Assembly: GCF_030684315.1 (NCBI RefSeq)
Contig: NC_081401.1
Location: 3,110,582-3,174,581 of the forward strand
Direction: 5' to 3'
From: Stegostoma tigrinum
Lineage: Eukaryota
Length of the DNA: 64,000 nt
The translations under genes and the position numbers were made by a program. The notes below the pieces were generated by a model. That model made no database searches. It saw only the letters and a program-made list of their open reading frames with translations, and was not told where the DNA came from. This document shows positions 23,661-33,385 of the stretch, piece after piece (position 1 is the first letter of the stretch; every line of letters begins with the position of its first letter).

Positions 23661-23949
23661 GAGAAATCGCAAGTCTCTTCGGTACATCGCAAGATGCGAA
23701 GAGGAGGATTTAGGTCCTGATCAAAAAGCAAGTCGAGCAAAAATATAAATGGTTAGGAGCAGGTTCAAAGAAGTGCTGGCAGTTAGAGATTAATCGCTTA
23801 AAATTTGAGAGATACTTACATACAGTTCTAGGAGTTCCTGAGCTAACTAGACTGACAGATTGTTAGATCTCTCGAGGGTCTCATTCATCTAATATGAGCC
23901 CATATTAGATATCTGCCAAAGAAGAAGCAATATTCACAGTCAAATACGC

Positions 23950-24270
23950 TATGCTTTCCCCACACTGAGGCCAGTGGCCACAGTACGTTAAATACACTGT
24001 CCTTTACCGCTAGGGCCAGGGCTCATGGTGCATTAGATACACTGTCCTTTTCCCACTCTGGGGCCAAGGTTCAGAGACTGTTAGATGCACTGTCCTTTCT
24101 CCACTCTGGGACCGGTGTTACAGTGTGTTAGATACATTGTCCTTTCCCCACTCTGGGACTGGTGTTACAGCACATTAGATGCACTGTCCTTTCTCCCACT
24201 CCGGGACTGGGAGTCATGCTGCATTAGGTACAGTGTCCTTTCCCTGCTCTGGGACAGAATGTCACAGTGC
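23950..24270 (+). repeat. ~44-bp minisatellite (ttagatacactgtcctttccccactctgggac)
   Basis: About 7 tandem units. Confidence 0.85.
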
Positions 24271-24898
24271 AGAGATGGATAGTGAAGTTCAAAGGGAGAC
24301 AGATGGTGGAGGCGATAATGCTGTCAACAGGTTGATTTACTCAGTGGGAGCTTGTTGAAGTGTCACTGATGGATTAAGCGATGGATGGACTATCGTGGAG
24401 GTGACAGAAATGAAGAATGAAAAATTGCAACTGATGAGAGATAATGGCGTGGAAAGCAGGACAGAATTGTTGCTAAAGAGATAGAGACTGTCAAATAGAT
24501 ATCGAGAGAAGGATAGACAGGACGTGTGAGAGACAGAAAAAAAATAGAGAGCCATAGAGCACGAGGCAGTGAGATAGCAGTGACAGACTGAGACAGAAAT
24601 AGAGTGGGGGAGTGAAGAGAGAGAGAGAGAGGTAGAGACAAAGGCAGCTATTGAGAGTGAAAGAGAGAGAAAAGGTCAGAGAGACAAAGGAAGAGATACT
24701 GTGAGAGAGGTCACGACACAGAGATAGGGAGAGTGAGGGACAGACATAGTGACGGCAAGAGAGAAAGAGAGAGAGAGGGAGAGAGAAAGACTTATAGTGA
24801 CTGAGACAGACTGGGGATAGATAGAGACAGATCACAGACCTGTGTGCTTTGCTGCTCCCTGTTTCCCTGTTTGACGTGTTCTCAGCTTCTGACACTCC

Positions 24899-25061
24899 AT
24901 GTGCGATAAGCTGTGTGATGTGACTGTCAGGGATTAGCTGCAGTTTATGGCTCATTGCACCCCAGGCCTGGCACATCTTTGCCAATGGGAAATGGGTGCA
25001 GACGTAGCCTGGGCACCCGGGCTCCAGCCCAGACCACTGGGCCAGGAAGCAGTTTGAATCC
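24899..25061 (-). pseudogene. Cardiotrophin-family pseudogene, exon-2 homolog
   Basis: ctgacag|GG ATT C has the same phase-1 start as CTF2 exon 2. GIxNCFLAQWSG aligns with GILSLLLIQLLG, followed by helix-A-like MCQAWGAMSHKLQLIPDSHITQLIAH. The donor reads g-gagt (gtgagt minus the T). Confidence 0.65.
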
Positions 25062-25429
25062 CTGTCAGAGCAACACTGGCACCATTATTCTCTGGGGGGG
25101 AGAGAGAGAGAGAGAGATGCTACTGAAAGGGAAAGAGAGACACAGAGAGAGAGCCTGTGAGAGAGATCAAGACAGCAAAGACTGGGGGATAGAAATAGGG
25201 AGATAGAGAGAGAGAGTCATTACACTCTACAATTAAGGGACAGACAAGGAAAATTGAAAGAATCAGAGAGAGAGAGAGAACAAATCACAAATCTTTGTGT
25301 ATTGCTGCTGCCTTTCAGGAATATCATGGAGAGAGATAATGGGAACTGCAGATGCTGGAGAATCCGAGATAACAAAGTGTGGAGCTGGATGAACACAGCA
25401 GGCCAGGCAGCATCTTAGGAGCACAAAAA

Positions 25430-25461
25430 CTGACGTTTCGGACCTAGACCCTTCATCAGAA
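25430..25461 (-). ncRNA. Minimal type-I hammerhead ribozyme motif, core intact
   Basis: Minus strand reads CUGAUGA-A-GGG(UCUAGG)UCC-GAAA-CG-UC. It lies in family-A insertion 25330-25462 with degenerate TSD aggaat.t.atgg. Confidence 0.6.
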
Positions 25462-26499
25462 AAGGAATGTAATGGCCCATGTGCCTGGATGAGCGCAACT
25501 CCAACAACTCTCAAGATGCTTAACGCCATTCAGGCCTGCTAATTGGCACCACACCCTCAAAAGTGCACTCCCTCCGCCACCGGCATTCAGAAGCAACAGT
25601 GGATGCCATTTACAAGATGTACCACAGAAAGTCATCAAATATCTTCAGACAGTGCTTTCCAAACCAATAGCCACTTCTATCTAGAAAGAGAAGGGCAACA
25701 GATACATGGAAACGCCACCCCTTGTGAGTTCCCCTCCAAGCTACTCATCATCCTGGCTTGGAAATATATTGGTCATTCCTTCAGTGTTGCTGGTTAAAAT
25801 TTTGGAATTACCTCTCTCAGGGCATTATGGGTCAACCTTATAGCAAGTTGACTGCAATAGTTCAAGAAGGCAGCTCACCCCCACCTTCTCAAGCGCAACG
25901 AGGAACGGGTAATATAGAGCATGCCACACCCATGTACCATGATGGAGTAAAAACATTGAGGGTAAGAGGTATTAGATTTAAAAGAATGATGAGGAGCAAT
26001 TATTCCCTCAACTGCTTATGAAATGATGCTGTTCGTTCCCCCAGAGTGTTGTGGATGACAGCACATTAAATAAATTGAATGAGGATAGAGATAAATTTTT
26101 AATTAGTAACTGCATGAAGGGTCATGATGGTCAGGCAGAAAAGTAGAGTTAAGACTGAGATGAGATCAGCCCTGGTTATATTAAATGACAGAGTTGACTC
26201 GAGGTGTGAATTGCCCAGTCCTGCTCATTAATCTCACATTCCTATGGTGGTATGGAGGCGAGATTCCTTCAGCAATAGCATTAGAGTGTGCCATAGAGAG
26301 GGAGACAGACAGGGAGATGGAGATGTTTTCCCTAATTGCAGAACAATTAATCCTCGTCTGCCCAATTCTTGAGGAAACCGACATCCAGCAGCTGAGAGCT
26401 GTTTGGATAAGGTGTGAGTTGTGAGCAGAAGCCTGTTTGAGCATCAGATCTAGGGGTACATGGGTGATCAAAGAGGTACCATGAATTATCTCACACTTC

Positions 26500-26960
26500 A
26501 TGTTATGATCATTATTGAGGTGAAATGGGTGTTTGATGATGTTGGCAGCCTTAGCGTGGCAGCAAGCATATAAATGGAGTCCATGGATGGAAGGTTGGCT
26601 TCCATGATAATCTGGGCTGGGCACACCACCTTCTGTAGTTTGCTACGGTGCTGGGCAGAGCAGTTGCCGTACCAGGCTGTTATGCACCCCAACAGCATGC
26701 TTCTAGTGGTGCATCTGTAGAAGTTGGTGAGGGTCCTTATGGGCATGCCAAATATCCTGAGCCACCTGAAGAAGAAGCAGCATTGTTGTGCTTTCATGAC
26801 TGTCGCATCTACGTGGGAAGTCCAGGATAGCTTGCCTGTTATAGTCACTCTGAGGAACTTGATGCTTTTTACCCTCTCAAACTCAGTTCCATTGATGTAG
26901 ATGGGGGTGTGTTCTCCTCCTTTATTTCTGAAGTCAACGATCAGTTCTTTATTAGGGAAC
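26500..26960 (-). mobile_element. Rex1/Babar-type LINE RT C-terminal fragment
   Basis: KELIVDFR...IYINGTEFERVKSIKFL...LSWTSH...FYRCT...CITAWYGNC. Confidence 0.85.
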
Positions 26961-27784
26961 ACCAGCAGTCAAGGGAATTCAGCTTCTGATCTGTGGGTAA
27001 GCATCCTCCAAGATGGACTTCGAGATACACAGCAACGCAGAGTCACCATCAGTGACTGATAGCCAAGTGTTGTACACATGAGGACAGCCTCAAACGTGAC
27101 CTTTGGTTCTCTCTCTCCCACACACAGTTCTATATGGTAAATCATTTCATCCAAGATATTTGTTTATTTGCAAATATATTCTATCTTGTTCAAGATGTAC
27201 CAATTTTAATCACAGTCAGTCTGTGTGGCATTTTATAAATTCCTTCTTGCAAAACAGAACCAGCCTGACTGCAGAGACAGATCCTGGACAAGGTCATATG
27301 CTTAAAATGCAGTGTCGAACGTGAGATGTCACCTCTTGTATACACTGAGAAAACCTTTAATAATCTCGGAGCAGTGACTTGAAACAGATTCTGGATTTTG
27401 CATCTTAATCGATTGAAACTTGCGTCTCCTTTCTGAGAGATTAAAATGTTCCACAGGAACAGCCAGCCATTTTAGGTTAGTTCAATCCATTCACATCAGT
27501 TGTTCGATCCTGCTTATAAACTCTGCATCTGCGTGCCCTCCTCTATCACCGCAACTGGTCCGATTTCAAATAAACCTGTTGGACCATAACCTGGTGTAGT
27601 GGGATTTTTGACTTCGTTCACCCCAGTCCAATACTGGCATCTCCACATCACGAACACAGAGGGTGGCAGATTGCAAAGCCCCAGTTGTACAAAGGAATGA
27701 TGTAGATATGCCGGTGTTGCACTGGGTTGGGCAAGGTCGATGAGTTGATCTATCTATATATAAATAAATACATGTATCTATAAA

Positions 27785-28136
27785 TCAAAATCGCGCATTT
27801 GCAGGAATAACGCGCGCCCTCAGTTGTGGAGTTTCACCGTTGGCCAATGAGAAAGCGGGGAGGATCAGAAGCACGCTGGGCGTCTTGCCAATCAGCGCTA
27901 CCCTAATGTCTGAACGCGGAAGTTGGACAGTGCGCTTTTGATACTGCTCATTTCGGCTCAGCCAAATTGGTGGTACTACTCCTCTCTCCCTGAAGACCCA
28001 GACGGAAACACCCTCTCCGGCCAATCGTCTATGAGCTTAACACTGCTCTTCAGTTCTTTTCTCATTCGCAGTTAAATTGTAGACTTGCTAGTATTGAACG
28101 GTAGGGAAGTGAAGGGAACGTGCTGATTCTGAACAG
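27785..28136 (+). promoter_or_regulatory. Promoter/exon 1 of the ZNF pseudogene (paralog of 50690-51101)
   Basis: ACGCGCGCC, GGCCAATGA, TGCCAATCAG, AGCCAAATT, GGCCAATCG. Donor aacag|gttggt; acceptor at 29266. Confidence 0.6.
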
Positions 28137-28419
28137 GTTGGTCAGGTCTTCTCGTCACCGATACTACAAGGCCTGCTGAGCTTTTCCAGCAATTTTTACT
28201 TTTGTTTGTGACATATTTTTACTCACTCGGCTTGGCACTTATTTTTTCAGCGAACGGAGTGGTGTCTTAATGTTCACAATTGAAAGGGTGATTTCTAGGC
28301 AAGAGCTGACGTGATGAGTCATTAAATTAATATCAGGTTGAGCTATGCCTTGTTTCGTTTTATTGTATAAATTTGATTTTATCACACTATTATAGCATTC
28401 ACGAGTTGTTTCCACTCTT

Positions 28420-28730
28420 CATTGAATCCCTATAGTGTGGAAAGAGGCCCCTCGGCCCAACAAGTAAATCAGAGCATCCCACCCAGACCCATTCCCTATT
28501 ACCTACCTAAGCTACACGTCCCTGAACACTGTGGACAATTGAATATAGCCAATCCACCTAGCATGCATATCTTTGGACTATGAGCGCGCAAACCAGAGCA
28601 CCTGGAGAAAAACGGACGCAGACACAGGGAGAATATGCAAACTCCACACAGTCACCTAAGGGTGGCATCACACCCTAGTTCCTGGTGCTGTGAGACAGCA
28701 GTGCTAACCACAAAGCCACTGTGCTGCCCT
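28420..28730 (-). mobile_element. HE1-type SINE in the ZNF pseudogene intron (absent from the paralog)
   Basis: Same motifs; the paralogous intron near 51.4 kb lacks it. Confidence 0.85.
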
Positions 28731-29618
28731 TGTATGAGAGTATTGGTGTGAAATTCTGTATTTCAGTGTTGCACTCATTATGATATAGGAGTCCATTTCA
28801 GCAATTTGAATCTGTGCCAACTCTCGAGCATTCCGGTCTCTCTCATTCTCTCTCTATATCTCTGTTATCCAGCAAGTTAATTTCCCTCAACTGCCAATCC
28901 AATTTTATTCTGAAATCTTTGTTGAATCTTCTCAATTTTGAATCAGTTATTTAAATTGAATCTTACTGCTTCCTCATGCTGAAATGTCCAAGTTGTGACC
29001 AATTGATGCCTAACTAACATTCTTCCTTACATCCCTTCATGTCTTTAGACAAGTGTCACGGTTCAATTAGTTTGAATATTTTTAAACCAATGATATATTC
29101 TGAAGAACAAACATTCAACTATGCAGTATGAAAAAAGCTATTCGGCCTATTGAATTTGCACTGACAGCAAAGAAAAAACTGAAAATTAGCATCACCTTTA
29201 GAATATTTTCTATAGAATTTATATCTTAAACTGTGATGTTGGTGACTTTTTAACCTGCTTTCACAGGATAGAAGAAGGGGAGGATTTGAAGAAAGAAATC
29301 TGAAACTAGCATCATGTCAAGATCTGAAATCTATCAATTTGTCTATGGAACCTTTATCTATGAAGAGTGAAATATTTCTCTGTTCTGTCTGCTTCAGAGA
29401 TTTAAAAAATCAACGTGACAGGAAAAGGATTGTGATACACACATACCCGAGTGAGTGTGTTTCAGTGCACCAACAGTGAAAAAAAGCTTTTAACCAGTTA
29501 AACAGCCTGAAAAGAAAATTGAACAATTCACACCAGAGAGACACCATTCACATGTTTGGTAGGTAGACAAGGTTCAACTGATTATTAAACCTGAGGAGAG
29601 AATGAGAACATTATCAGC

Positions 29619-30420
29619 ATGAATAAATCCTGGAAATGTGGACACTGTGGGAAGGGGTTACTCCCTCTATCTGCACTTGAGGTTCATGAGCATAGACACA
29701 CTGGAGAGAGGCCATTCACCTGTTTTGTGTGTGAGAAAGGATTCAGTGCTGTCTGTGATCTGCTGACACACCAGAAGGCTTACATTCACCTCTGACTGTG
29801 GGAAGGGCTTTGCTGATATATACACCCCCATGACACACAAACGAGTTGATAACCAGAAGAGGGTATTCCCCTGGTCTGAGTGTGGGAAGGTATTCACCAA
29901 TTCAACCAACCTGCTGAGACACCAGAGAGTTCACACTGGGAAAGGCCATACAACTGTTCTCAGTGTGGGAAGGGTTTCTCCGATTCACACGCCATCCTGC
30001 GACATGATCGGATCCACACCAGGGAGAGGCCGTTTACTTGCTGTCAGTTCCCTGACCTGCAGCGTCACCAGCAGGTTCACACTGGGGAGAGGCTGTTCAA
30101 ATGCGTTCAGTGTGGGAAGGGATTTGCTGAGTCCTCTGACTTGATTATTCACCAACTGATTCTCACCGGGCAGAGGCCATTTACCTGCTCTCGGTGCGGA
30201 AAGGGCTTCTCTAATCCGTGTGCCATGCTGCGACATGAATGCATTCACACCGGGGAAAGGCCGTTCGTCTGCTCTCAGTATGGGAAGGGATTCTATCGTT
30301 TACCCAGCCTGCAGAATCACCACCGTTTTCATACCAAGGAGAGGCTAATCAGCTGCACACAACATGGGAAGTGATACACTTGATGAACAAGGCTGCAGGA
30401 ACACAAGCGAGGTCTCAGTT
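29619..30420 (+). pseudogene. Frameshifted paralog of the C2H2 ZNF gene
   Basis: ATG at 29619 (MNKSWKCGHCGKG). A 14-nt deletion between CATT microhomologies gives TGA at 29793. A further 1-nt deletion lies at ~29939, and later fingers are broken. Confidence 0.9.
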
Positions 30421-31870
30421 GACTGCAGGAGTGTATTTTGCTGTTCGTGCTGCTGCTTATCACATTCAGGACTGAATCGTGTTCATTGTGCCAGTGGGTG
30501 AAGTTGAAGATTCAGAGCATGTCTCTCGACTGGCTGGCATCCCTCACCACTTTGCCTCCAATGAGGTGGATGCCTCAAATTTCATGCCACTTATTGAATG
30601 AAGTGAAGACTTGGACAGTTGGAGTTCTTTATTTCATTCTCTCTAATAGTGTGCCATGTTGGCATGGAGATGGTCACATTGTTTCATTCAGATGGGTGCT
30701 TCTCACAGAAGGCACTTGGAGATTTGTAAAGTTGCACCTCCTTTGTAATCGCTAAGGAGAAAACAAGTTGAGTTTGGAGCTGGAAGAAAAAATCTCCAAT
30801 GAGAGAGAGTGAAAGGCAGTGAATTCCATGATGGTAGGGAGCTATCATAAGGACAAATGAATGAGGGCCAGGAAGGCCATTCACCCCTTTGAGACTCGCA
30901 TTACCCTGTGATAAGATTATGATTAATCGGATTATCAACTCTACTCCATGTTCCTGTTGAACCCCTCGAAGATGTGTCATCAATGTGGTCAAAAAGATCT
31001 TAGGTAGAACTGGTATGTTCAGTGTGAAAGGGTGGAACATTTAAAGCAAATTGCAGGAGATCAAGAAGTAAATCAGTGCTGATAAAAGTATCTGCTATTT
31101 CTCCAGGGAATGTCACACCAAAGAAGAAAACCTCTGAGAAACCAATCCTCTCTAATACATTTACCATGGGCGATAATTAAAATGAGGGGTGCTGAAACAT
31201 TTATATTTTCAGGAAAATCTCTCCAGATGCCCAAGAAAGATTTTTAGTCTGAGTTGCAGGCTCAGCATAAACCTTTATAAGGAAAAGCTTTGGACATTTT
31301 TGTAAACGTTAATCATACTAATACAGATTTATTGTGGGGAAATATGTGTAGAAGGCACTCATCAGAGCGTAGCCGGAATATTGTGAAGTTTTGAGCCCCT
31401 AATCGAAGCAAAGATATACTGGCATTTGGAGGCCCTCCAGATCCTGTTTGTTAGTCTAATACCAGCTCTGGAGGGACTGTAGAGGAGAGAATGATGACAT
31501 TAGCCCTGCTCCTCTGAGGACATAGAAGAATGATATGTTACCTCACTGAAAAAGAGAAGATTGTTAGGGGATTTAACAGGGCAGATGTCGAAAACTTATT
31601 TACCCTTGTTGGAGAGTTGAGGGCAATGTTGTGTAATCTCAGAATATTTGGTCATTTACTTAAAACAGAAATGATGCTTCTTCTTCATTTAACTTTTCGT
31701 TTACACAATACATTTTTTTCTTGTTTAACTACGTGAAACGTGGTGCCACGCATCTTTCAATTGCTTACTGAATGTTTGAAAGTCCTGACTAAGATAGCAG
31801 GATTCTTGTTCCCTGGGACAAAAAGTGACCAGGCTATGTTAGTGAGAATTTCCACAAGAGGGGCAGAAGA

Positions 31871-32013
31871 TAACAAAGTGTGGAGCTGGCTGAACACAGC
31901 AGGCCAAGCAGCACCTTAGCTTTTGTGCTGCTAAGATGCTGCTTGGCCTGCGTTCATCCAGCGCCACACTCTGTTATCTCGGATTCTCCAGCATTTGCAG
32001 TTCCCGCTGTCTC
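31871..32013. mobile_element. Head-to-head inverted pair of family-A repeats (palindrome) with TSD
   Basis: Arms 31868-31920 and 31930-31979 are complementary. TSD agag(g/a)ggcagaaga. Empty site in the paralog at ~56927-56940. Confidence 0.85.
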
Positions 32014-32149
32014 AGAGAGGCAGAAGAAGCTATTCAGGCTCAGAAATTCAGGATAAATTCAGATAAAGCACAAAGTTAAATTACAAAGGGTACAGCATGA
32101 TGAATTTGTTTCTGTTTGACACAGGGAGCATTGCAGAAGCAACATTTTC

Positions 32150-32800
32150 GAAAATGTGTCAATGTGTGTCGCTGGCGAAGCAGGCAGTGGGTGAATAACG
32201 GCAGTATGTGCAGCCAATCAGAGGAAGAAGGCCCGCCGATGGATGGTGACAGCGACCATTCACAGATCGTAGGCCAACGATGGACATTTTAGCGGAACAA
32301 TCAGAACGCGGGGGCGGGTTGAGGGTATGGGGAAATGCGACGAGAGATGGGCGGGCGACAATGATGGGCAGACAATCACACCAACAGGAAAGCGGGGAGG
32401 GTGGAGTCTATTATTGTAGCCGCAGGAGAGAGCCAACGGGAGAAGTGGTTGGTCGGACCGTGACGAAGAAACGTGTGAACCTGACCAATCGGCAAGTGGA
32501 GGCGGAGTCGAAACTACCCATCGCTCAGAGGTAAATAGTCTCTCACAGAAGACGGACAGCAAATATGACCAATCGAATCTCAAGGGCTTTGCAACCAATC
32601 GGAAGGAGGCAGGTGGGCGGGATCATATGATGGGCGGGGCTGCGGCCCATTCGGAAATCACGTTGGGTTGGGTGGTGGTGTTTTGATTGACGGTGCTGCC
32701 GGCCAATAGGATGCGAAGGCTCGGGCAGCCTCCATTTTGATGGGAGAAAGGTGACGAAGCTGAAAAATGGGCGACAGAAAGACGGAGTGAGAAGGTCATT
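32150..32800 (+). promoter_or_regulatory. CpG-rich promoter with dense CCAAT and GC boxes
   Basis: CCAAT at ~32214, 32486, 32569, 32596 and 32703, many CCAAC/ACAAT variants, and several GGGCGG. Strong local CpG enrichment. Direction is inferred from motif orientation. Confidence 0.7.
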
Positions 32801-33259
32801 GTGTCTCCGTTGTATTTTATGGCACTGACTGACTAAGTGAGGAAGTCTCAGCATTTGGTTCATATCCATCTGAACCCTTCCTGTTTACGCACTCATCCAT
32901 GATGCTGTCCAGACCTGCTGAGCTTTTCCAGCAAATTTTAAGTGTTTGCTTGTGATTTAAAGCATCCGCGGTTCTTTTGGTTTTCATTTCCTTGTCTGTT
33001 CACCCTATCCATCGCCCTCATGATTTTGTAAACCTCTATACGGTCGCCCCTCTGACGCTGTGGGGGTAGAAATAGCCGCAGCCCCTATTCAGTCTGTCCT
33101 TCCAGCTCAAACCCTCCAGTCCCGGCAGCATCTTGGAAATCTTTTCTGCAACCTCTCAGCTTTAGCAACATCCTTCTGTAGAAGCGTGACGTGCATTGTG
33201 CGCGGTATCTTAAAATTGGCATCACCAGTGGCCCAACTGCAAGACTCAATGTGTGAGTG

Positions 33260-33385
33260 ACAATGGGAACTGCAGATGCTGGAGAATCCAAGATAATAAA
33301 ATGTCAGGCTGGATGAACACAGCAGGCCCAGCAGCATCCCAGGAGCACAAAAACTGACGTCTCGGGCCTGGACCCTTTATCAGAG
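33260..33385 (-). mobile_element. Family-A Penelope terminal repeat, hammerhead core mutated
   Basis: Minus strand CTGATAA-AGGGTCCAGGCCC-GAGA-CGTC, inserted in a CR1 fragment. Confidence 0.8.

Larger units (their letters stand above)
27780..32200 (+). repeat. Segmental duplication, copy 1 (paralogous to ~50690-57100)
   Basis: Collinear similarity across promoter, intron, ZNF exon, 3' flank, a shared CR1 fragment and the terminal ggacaaaa(a)gtgaccagg block. Confidence 0.9.
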
